The notes under the pieces were generated by a model. That model searched no databases. It had not been told where the DNA came from and worked only from the letters and a program-made list of their open reading frames with translations. Of a stretch of DNA of 51,017 bases, positions 30,887-40,515 are shown one piece after another; positions within the stretch are counted from its first letter, which is position 1, and every line of letters begins with the position of its first letter. Location: the sequence record DRR723986_3136, one strand, 5' to 3'. Both the position numbers and the translations under genes were made by a program.

Positions 30887-31002
30887 TTTCCGCGCGACGC
30901 GCAGCAGTTTTCCTACACAGTCCGTCTAAGCGGCAGCATTCGCCTTGCATCAGCGGCGCAATGGGCTAGTCCTGTCTGCCAATGCTGTTGTGAGTAGTTC
31001 AG

Positions 31003-32265
31003 ATGAAGCCGGGCGGAAAGCGGATCGCCATTCTCGGCGCAGGTCCAGCTGGCCTGACGATCGCTCGACTCTTGATGGAGCAGAGCGATCATTCCGTCAC
31101 CCTGTTCGAGAAAACCCACCGGGTTGGCGGCAAGTCCCTGAGCGTGCGCCAGGGCGAGGATCTGATCGAGTTCGGCACCTGTTACACCATCATGTCCCAC
31201 CGCCGTGTGATGGACTGGATGCGCGAACAGGACATCACCATTCAACAGATCGTCCCGCACAAGATTGATGGCATCCCGGCGCGGGATTTCTTCAATTCCG
31301 GCCCCGGCGCTCCGCTCGCCGTGCAGGGCATAGCCTACGTCTTGGCCCGCCGGAAACTCCTAAAAGCTTTACAGTCCGGCTCGCCACCACAGCGCGCGCT
31401 TGAGGAAGCTGCGACCCCCGCTGTCGACTGGCTGCGTGCGCGGAATCTGGGCAAGATCGAGAAGATGATGATGCGCACGGTTACCGGCATGGGATACGGT
31501 GACCTGAAGACCGTGCCGATTATCCACGCCATGCGCTGGGTGGACATGGACCTGATCCTCTCCGGCACGCTGAACAAGATTTACATGCCCGTGGAAGGCT
31601 GGAGCGAATTCTGGGAGCGCCTGGCGAAGCCCATGGATATTCGTCTGGAAAGCCATGTCCGGCATATCGACCGGTCGGGCGACCAGCACCTCGTCGTTCT
31701 GGATGATGGAACGGAAGAGAAATTTGATGCCCTGATCTGCGCGATGCCGGTCGACCGGTTCTCCGCCCTGCTGGAGCCAACCGAATCGGAGCGGGTGGTC
31801 GGCGATGCCATTCATTGGGGTGGCTACGCGACCACACTCATCTCATCCGAAGACTGGTTCCAGGAACAGATCGAATATTACAGCGAGACCTGCCTGCCGG
31901 GCGTGGAGCCCGGCCTGCTGATGTCTGCCCGGCGCGAAGGCTATGATGCTGGCCTTGGCGGCCATCTCTACATCGCCAACCAGCTGCCCGGTGACTATAC
32001 AGGACCGGAACTGATCGAAATCCTTCGCGAGGAAGTCACCAAGCGCGGCGGCAGTATCAATGCCGTCATCCAGCAGGAAATCTGGGAATATTTCGCTGAA
32101 TACGATCCCGACGCGATCAAGAAGGGCCTGATCGCGCGGATGCGCCAGATGCAGGGTGAACGGAAGACCTGGTATACAGGCTCCACCTTCTCACATGAAT
32201 CTGTCGCCAATATCTGCATCCACAATGAAGCTCTCGTACCGCAAATGCTGAAGGCACTTGGGTGA
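31003..32265 (+). CDS. FAD-dependent oxidoreductase resembling polyenoic fatty acid (linoleate) isomerase
   Basis: RIAILGAGPAGL, VGGK, GYG...VP, W.YF and MQG...TWYTG motifs; 420 aa. Confidence 0.8.
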   Translation: MKPGGKRIAILGAGPAGLTIARLLMEQSDHSVTLFEKTHRVGGKSLSVRQGEDLIEFGTCYTIMSHRRVMDWMREQDITIQQIVPHKIDGIPARDFFNSGPGAPLAVQGIAYVLARRKLLKALQSGSPPQRALEEAATPAVDWLRARNLGKIEKMMMRTVTGMGYGDLKTVPIIHAMRWVDMDLILSGTLNKIYMPVEGWSEFWERLAKPMDIRLESHVRHIDRSGDQHLVVLDDGTEEKFDALICAMPVDRFSALLEPTESERVVGDAIHWGGYATTLISSEDWFQEQIEYYSETCLPGVEPGLLMSARREGYDAGLGGHLYIANQLPGDYTGPELIEILREEVTKRGGSINAVIQQEIWEYFAEYDPDAIKKGLIARMRQMQGERKTWYTGSTFSHESVANICIHNEALVPQMLKALG

Positions 32266-32296
32266 CCAATTTCCAGAATAAAACGGAGAAGACGCC

Positions 32297-33229
32297 ATGT
32301 GCGGCCTGATCGCAGGAATCGGAAAGGTGTCGCTTGCGACGCTGGACAAAGCCGTCGCCACCCTCACCCACCGGGGGCCGGAGTCCTCAGCCACCTGGGT
32401 GTCGGAAAACCAGTCCATGTTCCTGGGGCATACGCGCCTGTCGATCATCGGCCTCGACAATGGCACCCAGCCGATCAGCAACGCAGACGGAAATGTCCAC
32501 ATCGTCGTGAATGGCGAGTTCTACGGCTACAAGGACATCCGCAACCGGCTGCTGTCCGAGGGAGTCGCGTTCAAGACGGAATCCGATAGTGAGATCGCGC
32601 TACACCTCTACCTGCGCTATGGCCTGCAAGCGCTGCAAGAACTTCGCGGCGAGTTCTCCATTGTTATCGCCGACGAGCGCCAGAACTGCCTGATCGCCAT
32701 TCGCGACCGGTTCGGTATCAAGCCCCTGTTCTACACAATTCATCAGGGGGCTGTGTATTTCGCATCCGAGATCAAGGCCCTGCTAGCCCTCGGCGTCCCA
32801 GCGCGCTGGGACCTTGAAACCGCCTTCTATGACGGCTTTCTTTTCCGCGACCATGCCCGCACCCTTTTCAAGGACATATGGTCCGTGCCGCAAGGCCAGT
32901 ATGCTATTGCAACGCCCGGCGACCTCAGGCTCTACACCTATTGGGATTGGGACTTTCCGACCGAGGCAGCGCTCTCGCTCGATGGGCGCAGCGACGAGGA
33001 ATGCATCGAGGAATTCCGCGCAATCCTGATGGAATCTATCCGCGACCGCCTGGTCGCAGATGTGCCGGTCGCTTGCTACCTCAGCGGCGGCATCGATTCC
33101 TGCGCCGTGCTGGGCTTTGCACAGCAAGGTCTGTCACGGCCGATCGAGTGCTACGCGCTCGCTTTCGACGATGAGCTCTACAAAGAGGCGCCAATCGCGG
33201 AGAAACAGTCGGCATGTCGTGAAGCGTGA
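32297..33229 (+). pseudogene. asnB: Asparagine synthase (glutamine-hydrolysing)-like amidotransferase, C-terminally truncated
   Basis: MCG start, HRGPE, RLSII, NGEFY, RDRFGIKPL, LSGGIDS; only 310 aa and homology ends ~33211 where AT-richer DNA begins. Confidence 0.85.
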
Positions 33230-33460
33230 TGATCGGAAAGCCACCCCCGAAAATAATCCTTGCTTCAGAGCGGTCCCTGCCGATCGCCTAGGCAATGCCG
33301 AAATTCATTATGTCGGTCGATGAATACCAACGCAGAGGTAGCTCCATAATAGAAGGCGCAGACTTCACTGCTGATGCTGTTTAATAAAGTAAGCCAATAG
33401 AATCTCAAATACGTTTGCTATCTGCTATCCAGTTTAGCGCCCTGAGCCAAAAGCCGGATC

Positions 33461-33670
33461 TCAATCAGGCTTGACTAGATCAACGTGTGACACCCCGAGT
33501 GCCTGAGCCAATTCATACAGAGTTACCACGGTCGGATTGCGTTTGCCTCGCTCAAGTCCGCTCAAATACTGTTGGCTGAATCCTGAACGCACCTCAACCT
33601 CCTCCTGTGTGAGGTTCTTTTCACGACGAATGCGCGCAAAATTTCTTCCCACCAGCTTCCGCATATCCAT
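33461..33670 (-). CDS. XRE family HTH regulator
   Basis: VGRNFARIRREKNLTQEEV...SQQYLSGLERGKRNPT. Confidence 0.9.
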   Translation of the reverse strand: MDMRKLVGRNFARIRREKNLTQEEVEVRSGFSQQYLSGLERGKRNPTVVTLYELAQALGVSHVDLVKPD

Positions 33671-33769
33671 GCTGGCAGGGTAGACGTTTACATATTTTAG
33701 TGTTATGTACTATAGTATGTATTCGGCCGGCATTTTACCCTTTTGCCTGTGGCGCGCAGGAGACAGCAC

Positions 33770-34243
33770 ATGCTTAGCAAAGCAACATTTCAATTGCTCG
33801 CGAAACACCCTTCATCTCGGATGTGTAACCTCAAAAATTCAGACACAGACGCAGCAGCCTCAGTATGTGCCGAATGGCTCAGCCGACATGCCGATCAACG
33901 AAAGCTCCTGGAACGGTGGGATAAACTCGAAGCGTTCTTGATGAAAGAACACAATCTGTTTGAGCTGGACGAGCGCGAGCGCACCGATTTCTTTGAAGCC
34001 ACTCCGTTGGAAATCATCGGCAATCGCATTGATGAGCTTCATGCATTGAACAAGAAATCACTCCATCAAGTATCGGAGTCGGAGGCAACCACAACGCAAG
34101 GACTGATAAGCAAGCTTCTTGTTGCATTAGCGCTGGCTCATCCCGACGAAAACAGAGACATTCATCTGCTCCTCTGTAGCATTCTACATGACATTGACCC
34201 GAATGCGCTGACACAGGAGGGCTGGCACACCCATACTAAGTAA
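33770..34243 (+). CDS. Hypothetical protein (type recalled beside XRE genes in alphaproteobacterial ICEs)
   Basis: AGGAGA RBS, ATG at 33770, helical ORF divergent from XRE. Confidence 0.6.
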   Translation: MLSKATFQLLAKHPSSRMCNLKNSDTDAAASVCAEWLSRHADQRKLLERWDKLEAFLMKEHNLFELDERERTDFFEATPLEIIGNRIDELHALNKKSLHQVSESEATTTQGLISKLLVALALAHPDENRDIHLLLCSILHDIDPNALTQEGWHTHTK

Positions 34244-34363
34244 ACAAAGTCTTGCCGGCTGGGACCAAGTTTCGCTGGCTGCCCGAGCCGAGCAGAAACC
34301 AGGATCGGTTACCCCTTATTCTGAAGTCCGGGATCAGCCCGACAAGGAAGAGCTGGGGTCCTC

Positions 34364-34836
34364 GTGTCTATCGCGTATCTGCCGTTATCCGCGATCATTC
34401 CTGTTGCAGCCGCTGGACTGGCAGTCGCCGCATGGCGCTATCGCAGCACGATCCTGCGCATCCGGCTCGCCCCGACGCTGTTCTCCGGCGCACGCCAGGA
34501 CTGGACGTTCGGCCACATCGCCGAGATTTCCCCAACCGTGGAAACTCCGGCCGCCACACACCGCACGCCCTTCACCGAGGCAGCATACCGCGATCTGCCT
34601 TAGGCGTTCGAATACGAAGGCCAGAGCTGGGATACGGACGCTTTCCTGGAAGACACTGATACCGCCGCCATGCTCGTGTTGAAGGATGGCGAGATCATCC
34701 ACGAGACCTATGCCGGTGCCGGCGGACGGACGCAGGACTGGCTGTCCTGGTCCGTCGCCAAGAGCTTCGTTTCCGCCCTCATCGGTATAGCCATAGAAGA
34801 AGGTCACATCCACTCGATCTACGATCCGGTGACGGA
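34364..34836 (+). pseudogene. NylB/beta-lactamase-fold serine hydrolase remnant
   Basis: ORFs 34364-34603 and 34670-34912 are the same frame split by TAG at 34601-34603; LVLKDGEI..E.Y, SWSVAKSF (SxxK), homology ends at DPVTD. Confidence 0.8.
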
Positions 34837-34872
34837 CAGCGGAAATTCGGATCAATATCATGAACTTACATC

Positions 34873-34963
34873 TGTGGACGCCCCGCGGAAGGCAAGTGCT
34901 GATTTCGAGTAGAAACCACACTGGTCGGATGCTGCCATCTGTCCGGCCTCCTGGTACGGCATT
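34873..34963 (-). mobile_element. Probable IS110-family (IS1111-type) terminal non-coding remnant
   Basis: Minus strand reads GCCGTACCAGGAGGCCGGACAGATGGCAGCATCCGACC...CTTGCC...GGGGCGTCCACA, matching my recollection of IS1111-type downstream ends; no transposase present. Confidence 0.5.
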
Positions 34964-35037
34964 GAACGCATTTACCCGTAACCTGAAATAATATTGTCAG
35001 ATCCGTATTCGACAAAAGCTGTCATCTCTATGCTGAC

Positions 35038-36072
35038 TCAGTTGTCACCACTGCGCCGATCCTCGCTCACATCATCTCCGGAAAACAAGTGGCAATAGCC
35101 AAACAAGGCCTGTGCTCCTCCGGTATGGATAAAGACTATGTTGTCGGCCTTGCTGAAATGGCCCCGCTTTACAAGGTCAATCAATCCAGCCATTCCCTTT
35201 CCGGAATAGACCGGATCCAGCAAAATTCCTTCAAGGCGCGCTACAAGCCGGATCGCGTCCAACATGGCCTGTGTCGGCAGACCGTAGCCATCACCGACAT
35301 AATCGCAGTTAGCAGAAACCATATCTGCTGGAACCTCGCTCCGTAGACCGAGAAAGTCGCTCGTCGCCCGGGCAAGTCGTAGCACATTTGCTTCCTGCAG
35401 AGCCTTCGGTGCACGCACGCCAATGCCCAGTACTGGAATGTCGGCGCTTAGGCCATGCAGGCCGGCCACAAGTCCGGCCTGGGTACCAGCAGAGCCCGTA
35501 GCATGAACGATATGATCGATTTTGTGGCCCAATTGATTGGCCTGTGAAAGCAATTCGAGCGCCGCGTCGACATAACCGAGCGCGCCAATTTCGTTCGAGC
35601 CACCGCCAGGAATGATATAGGGCGCAGAGCCGCGCGATCTCAAATTGTCCGCAAGTTCGGCCATCGCCGCATTCATGTCGGTGCCACCCGGGACAAACCG
35701 GCGCTCTGCCCCGAGAACATCGTCCAGCAGGACATTGCCGTTACGCACATAGTCTGCGTCGGGGTGTTGAACCCGTTCTTCCAAAAGTACCGAGCTCGCC
35801 AGACCAGTTTTTGCGGCGATGGCGACGGTTTGCCGTACATGATTGGACTGAACTGCGCCTTGGGTTATGATTGTATCCGCACCCTTGCTGAGCGCGTCAG
35901 CTATCAGGAATTCGAGTTTACGCGTCTTGTTTCCGCCGCCCGCAAGTCCCGTACAGTCATCCCGCTTGATCCAAATCGTCGGACCGCCAAGTGCATCGGA
36001 AAGCCGCGAAAGCTTTTCAAGAGGGGTCGGAAGGTGTGCAAACCGGATACGGGGATACTTGGACAGCTGCAT
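35038..36072 (-). CDS. D-cysteine desulfhydrase / L-cysteate sulfo-lyase (DcyD/CuyA family, PLP)
   Basis: [40 protein letters not shown]; start at ATG 36072. Confidence 0.9.
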   Translation of the reverse strand: MQLSKYPRIRFAHLPTPLEKLSRLSDALGGPTIWIKRDDCTGLAGGGNKTRKLEFLIADALSKGADTIITQGAVQSNHVRQTVAIAAKTGLASSVLLEERVQHPDADYVRNGNVLLDDVLGAERRFVPGGTDMNAAMAELADNLRSRGSAPYIIPGGGSNEIGALGYVDAALELLSQANQLGHKIDHIVHATGSAGTQAGLVAGLHGLSADIPVLGIGVRAPKALQEANVLRLARATSDFLGLRSEVPADMVSANCDYVGDGYGLPTQAMLDAIRLVARLEGILLDPVYSGKGMAGLIDLVKRGHFSKADNIVFIHTGGAQALFGYCHLFSGDDVSEDRRSGDN

Positions 36073-36253
36073 GTTTGAACCCAGATTAGCTTTTTTACTA
36101 TGACATACCGGTTTCCGTCGCATTGTTAATGCTTGTGGTTCAAAAGAAAGCGGCGCTGCCAATATTTCGGACCTTTTTGTCGACTTGTCTGGACAATTCC
36201 GGATTTGCCGAGTCAATCTGAAAATTATCGATATCTAGGTCAGCCTTGGTCAA

Positions 36254-37843
36254 ATGCGGATAAACGAACTTCGGATACTGCAGGCGTTTCCAGCCCTTTT
36301 GGTATTCCTTGTGGTGATCGCTCTGGCCGGACTGCCCAGTGCATGCATCTGGGCGCCGTCCACCCAAACCCATGACATCGTGATCGAAGGCGGACGCGTC
36401 ATCGATCCTGAAACCGGGCTCGACGCGGTCCGTAATGTCGGCATCAATGGCGGTACAATTACCGTCATCGCCGAGCGGCCGTTGCAGGGCGAAACCATCA
36501 TCGACGCGCATGGCCTGGTGGTGGCGCCGGGCTTTATCGACATGCACTCGCATGCACTGACGACGCCTTCGATGCGCCAGCAAGCCATGGATGGCGTCAC
36601 CACCACGCTGGAGCTGGAACTCGGCAGTCTGCCGGTCGGCAAGGCCTATGCCCTTCTGGAACGAGAAGGCCGCCCGATCAATTATGGCTTCTCCGTTTCC
36701 TGGGCGCTCGCCCGCATGCAGGTAATGGATGGCCTCGGCATCGATGGCAGTACCGTGACCTATCAGAAGAATGTTGGAAAGCCAGGCTGGCGGCAGGCCG
36801 CAGACAGCGGGCAGACGGAGCAGATCCTGGCACTCATCGGACAAGGCCTGGATGAGGGTGGCCTCGGGATCGGGGTGATGCTCGGCTATGCGCCGGCGAC
36901 TTCGGCGGAGGAATATGTCGCCGTCAACCGACTGGCGGCCGCACGGGGGCTTCCGACGTTCACGCATGTCCGCTACGCCAACTTCGCCGCGCCCGGCAGT
37001 ACTTTCGAAGGGCTGGAGGAGTTTATCGACGTCGCCCGCCAGACCCGTGCGCGCATGCACTTCTGCCACATCAACTCTTCCTCATGGCGGAATATCGAAA
37101 AGGTCCGCTCACTGTTCGAGGCCGCGATGGACGAGGGCATGAATATTTCAACCGAAGCCTACCCCTACGGCGCCGGGTCCACCACAATCGGCGCGGCAAG
37201 GTATGCGCCGGAGACCCTGGACAGTGCAGGCATTCGCGCGGAAGACATCTATATGACCGACACCGGTGAATGGGTGAAGGACGTGGATGATCTTGCGGCG
37301 ATCCGCGCCTCCCGGCCCTCCTCAATCGCGATCTTTCACTTCCTCAATGAGGTCGATGTCAGAGACCAGGCACTGTTGAAGGATGCGTTGCTCACAAGGG
37401 ACGCAGCAATTGCTTCCGACGGCATGCCTTATTCGGTAGACGGACGAGTACTCGAAGGAGATATCTGGCCGATCCCGGAAGATGCGGATGCGCATCCCAG
37501 GGTGGCCGGCACATTCGCCAGGGTGCTCGGGACTTGGGTGCGCGAACGGGACGCCATGACGCTGAATGAAGCAATCCGCCGGTCCACGCTAGTGCCGGCG
37601 CAAATTCTTGAGCCGGCGTCTCCGGCTTTCGCGCGCAAGGGACGACTCCAGGAAGGCATGGACGCGGACATTGTGGTCTTTGACTTCGCCCACATTTCCG
37701 ACAAAGCCACCTACGTGGCACCCTACCTGGCGTCCGAAGGCATCCGCGACCTGCTGGTTGGCGGCACACCCCTGATTCGGGACGGAGAACTCGACCTGTC
37801 CATGATGCCTGGCCAACCAGTCAGGGGACAACCTTCCCCCTAG
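36254..37843 (+). CDS. N-acyl-D-amino-acid deacylase family amidohydrolase with N-terminal signal or TM segment
   Basis: APGFIDMHSH, EAYPY, IASDG, HPR..GTFARVLG, KGRLQEGMDADIVVFD. Confidence 0.88.
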   Translation: MRINELRILQAFPALLVFLVVIALAGLPSACIWAPSTQTHDIVIEGGRVIDPETGLDAVRNVGINGGTITVIAERPLQGETIIDAHGLVVAPGFIDMHSHALTTPSMRQQAMDGVTTTLELELGSLPVGKAYALLEREGRPINYGFSVSWALARMQVMDGLGIDGSTVTYQKNVGKPGWRQAADSGQTEQILALIGQGLDEGGLGIGVMLGYAPATSAEEYVAVNRLAAARGLPTFTHVRYANFAAPGSTFEGLEEFIDVARQTRARMHFCHINSSSWRNIEKVRSLFEAAMDEGMNISTEAYPYGAGSTTIGAARYAPETLDSAGIRAEDIYMTDTGEWVKDVDDLAAIRASRPSSIAIFHFLNEVDVRDQALLKDALLTRDAAIASDGMPYSVDGRVLEGDIWPIPEDADAHPRVAGTFARVLGTWVRERDAMTLNEAIRRSTLVPAQILEPASPAFARKGRLQEGMDADIVVFDFAHISDKATYVAPYLASEGIRDLLVGGTPLIRDGELDLSMMPGQPVRGQPSP

Positions 37844-37953
37844 GATCTGTCCAGGTTCAGTATGCTTCCAAATTCGAGAGGTCCCGCCTCGGAGAAAGGG
37901 AGATCACAACTCCAGGTACCCTTGCCGAAAAATGAAATCCGCCAATACGGACC

Positions 37954-38078
37954 GAATGGCTGAAACCCGCAGCCAAATCAGGCCTATCGAGATGCTTCGG
38001 TCGACCGGCTTTCTATCGCCGAAAGCGCGCATCTCACATCATGCCTTTAATGTCGAATTTGCGCACAAAGGAAGATAA
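37954..38078. repeat. Cluster of three degenerate ~28-30 bp imperfect palindromes (island spacer repeat family)
   Basis: GAATGGCTG..CAGCCA (37954-37975); GCTTTC-TATCGCC-GAAAGC (38008-38026); AATGTCGAATTT-GCGCAC-AAAGGAAGATAA (38049-38078). Confidence 0.45.
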
Positions 38079-38161
38079 TCCACCAAGTCAATCGCACTGA
38101 TATTATGACGCCAAGCCAAGGAAATCAGGAGGATTTTTCATGTTGTCTAAGCAGCCGGGTT

Positions 38162-39637
38162 TTAGGCTGATATATTCTGCCATGCGTTCACCAGAGCTGC
38201 TGGTGCACCGGTTCCGAAAACATATCTGTCTGGACGGACCAGAACCGCCTCAGCTTGATGGCGGTTGAGCCACTTGCGAATATCGTTCTTTAAGGTCTCG
38301 ATGACATTAGAGCTTAGGCTTGCTGTTTTCAGACCCGGATATCCTGAAGATTCGTTTTCTCCAATGAGCCAGGCACCCGGGCCCAGCACATCGTCAAGGC
38401 GCGTCCTACCATCTGCTGAGACAAATTGTGGAAAGTATGTGCCTGCCCCGGCGCTAGCTTCAAGGATCAGGCCTGAACGGATCTCCGGGTAGGTTGTGCG
38501 ACCATCGGGTGACTGCCCGGCAGCTCGCGCGGCTAGCATCTGGCGATCCCGCTCTGCTGCTGCGGCCGGATCGGTAATACAGACGGTCCGGCCCATCATC
38601 ATCGCCATCTGAATTGTCGCCCGCGCATGCGGCTCGCGTTCGAGCTGATAGGTCTCAAGCATCGCCTCGGGGGCTTTACCGGAAGCGACCATCCCAAGCT
38701 TCCACCCAAGATTTGCGGCGTCCCGAGCGCCAGCACACAGCCCCTGTCCCGCAAAAGGTGGTGTCTGGTGCGCAGCATCACCTGCGAGCAGGACCCTCCC
38801 TTCTTTCCACGACTTCGCCACGCGTGCATTGAAACGGTAGACGGCCTTGCGTTCCAGGGTGACAGCGCCATCGACCTTCCATGGCTTCAGCAAGCCTTCG
38901 ATAAAAGCATCATCGAGAACCTGTTCCGGCGTTTCGCCGGGCAGCATCATGAACTCCCAGCGATGGCGCCCTTCGCCCATGAGCACGCATGTCGTTGGCC
39001 GGGCTGGATCACAGATCTGAAGGTTGACCTTTGGCAGGCGTTCAAAGTCTTGGACGATCGTATCGATCACTAGCCAGGGTTCGTCGAACTGGAGGTCATC
39101 GAGTTCGATACCCGCCGCCGCGCGCACCGGACTGCGGGTCCCGTCCGTGCCAACGAGGAACCGCGCAGTGACGGTGCGAGGCCCCTCGGGCGTCTCGAAC
39201 TTCGCAGACAAGAATTCGCCTGTGTCTTCGTACCCGACAAATCTCCAGAGTGAGCGCAGTTCGATGCGGTTGGTATCCGGAAGTCTATTGCGAAGGGCGC
39301 GTTCCAGTGAAGGCTGGTGAATCATGTTGGCGCCGGGCCAGCCACCCGGTCCGATCTGGTCGGATCCGTCAAATCGTAACAGAATCTGACCGTCCGCCGT
39401 CAGAAAGTCGTAGTGGCATGTTGTACGGCTCGTGGCCGAAATCTGGTCTGCGGCACCGACCGATTGGAAGATACGCATCACTTCGTGATCGATATGTGCT
39501 GCCCGCGGCAGCGGGTAAATATCAGCCTCCTTCTCGCAGATCACAGCAGAGGCACCGTGCTGCGCGGCGATAAGCGCAAGGCATATCCCGGTTGGTCCTG
39601 CGCCGACAACGAGGACATCGCAATCAAGACCGGACAT
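38162..39637 (-). CDS. FAD-dependent aromatic monooxygenase (MhpA-like)
   Basis: GAGPTG, PRA, DGTRS.VR, GDAAHQTPPFAGQG, VRPDRY. Confidence 0.9.
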   Translation of the reverse strand: MSGLDCDVLVVGAGPTGICLALIAAQHGASAVICEKEADIYPLPRAAHIDHEVMRIFQSVGAADQISATSRTTCHYDFLTADGQILLRFDGSDQIGPGGWPGANMIHQPSLERALRNRLPDTNRIELRSLWRFVGYEDTGEFLSAKFETPEGPRTVTARFLVGTDGTRSPVRAAAGIELDDLQFDEPWLVIDTIVQDFERLPKVNLQICDPARPTTCVLMGEGRHRWEFMMLPGETPEQVLDDAFIEGLLKPWKVDGAVTLERKAVYRFNARVAKSWKEGRVLLAGDAAHQTPPFAGQGLCAGARDAANLGWKLGMVASGKAPEAMLETYQLEREPHARATIQMAMMMGRTVCITDPAAAAERDRQMLAARAAGQSPDGRTTYPEIRSGLILEASAGAGTYFPQFVSADGRTRLDDVLGPGAWLIGENESSGYPGLKTASLSSNVIETLKNDIRKWLNRHQAEAVLVRPDRYVFGTGAPAALVNAWQNISA

Positions 39638-39640
39638 GGA

Positions 39641-40486
39641 TCAGACCTCCTTTTCCATCTTGCCTTCGATGAAGCCGAGCTGTTCGATATCGCAGCGGAC
39701 AACATCACCCGCCTGGAGGAACTGGCGCGGGTCCATTGCCGCGCCGACCCCTCCTGGCGTGCCGGTGAATATCAGGTCGCCGGGTTCCAGAGTCATCGCA
39801 CCCGAAAGGTGTTCGATCTGTTGCCAAATGTCGAAAACAAGGTGGCGTGTGTTAGATTCCTGCCGAGGTTCTCCGTTTACAGAGCAGGAGATCGTCAGGT
39901 CGTGTGGATCCGGTATTTCATCTGCGGTTGTGATCCAGGGGCCGATGGGGGCGTGCGTGTCGAAACTTTTACCAAGGGACCATTGCGGGCCGGCATGCTG
40001 CCACATGCGCTCCGTGACATCGTTTCCGACACAATATCCGAAGACGTATTCATGCGCATTGCAGGCCTGAATGTGTTTCCCGCGCGTTCCAATCACTGCA
40101 ACGAGTTCGACCTCGTAATCGACAAATTCGCCGCCCTTTGCGATCAGGACCGGGTCGTAAGGGCCATTGATCGAGGTCTGGGCTTTGGTGAACCAGATTT
40201 GGCGGGTGGGCGTCTCCATATTTGATTCTTCAATGTGATCTGCATAATTCAGGCCGATCGCCCAGACCTTTCCGGGACGTTCAACAGGAGCGTGAAGTGT
40301 CACCGAGGAGAGTGGCTGGCTTTTGCCCGCCTCCGAAAGCTGCTGCAGGCGGTCTTTTTGATCGTCCCATTGAGCAATCAAGTCTGTCATGGTTCCGACA
40401 AAGCCAGCATCTATAATGGCATCGCCTATCACGATGCCTAGCTTGGTTTTGGTCTCACCGGCTGAGGAGTAAGTCGCGAGTTTCAT
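39641..40486 (-). CDS. Fumarylacetoacetate hydrolase family protein
   Basis: IGLNYADH, DYEVEL, NDVTER, GKSFDT, GDLIFTGTPGGVG; start at ATG 40486. Confidence 0.92.
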   Translation of the reverse strand: MKLATYSSAGETKTKLGIVIGDAIIDAGFVGTMTDLIAQWDDQKDRLQQLSEAGKSQPLSSVTLHAPVERPGKVWAIGLNYADHIEESNMETPTRQIWFTKAQTSINGPYDPVLIAKGGEFVDYEVELVAVIGTRGKHIQACNAHEYVFGYCVGNDVTERMWQHAGPQWSLGKSFDTHAPIGPWITTADEIPDPHDLTISCSVNGEPRQESNTRHLVFDIWQQIEHLSGAMTLEPGDLIFTGTPGGVGAAMDPRQFLQAGDVVRCDIEQLGFIEGKMEKEV

Positions 40487-40515
40487 GAGCTTGTTCCTGA
40501 ACTTGCCTGTTTGGC

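Noticed and set aside
33212-33460. att duplicate of the tRNA-Val 3' end at the island's left edge
   Set aside because: No match to TGGTGGGCAGTAATGGG found by eye
34601-34603. Programmed amber read-through
   Set aside because: The gene is also truncated downstream and no recoding machinery is in view; simple decay is more likely
35038-36072. ACC deaminase (acdS)
   Set aside because: Has DPVYSGK and HTGG rather than the diagnostic DPVYEGK and HLGG
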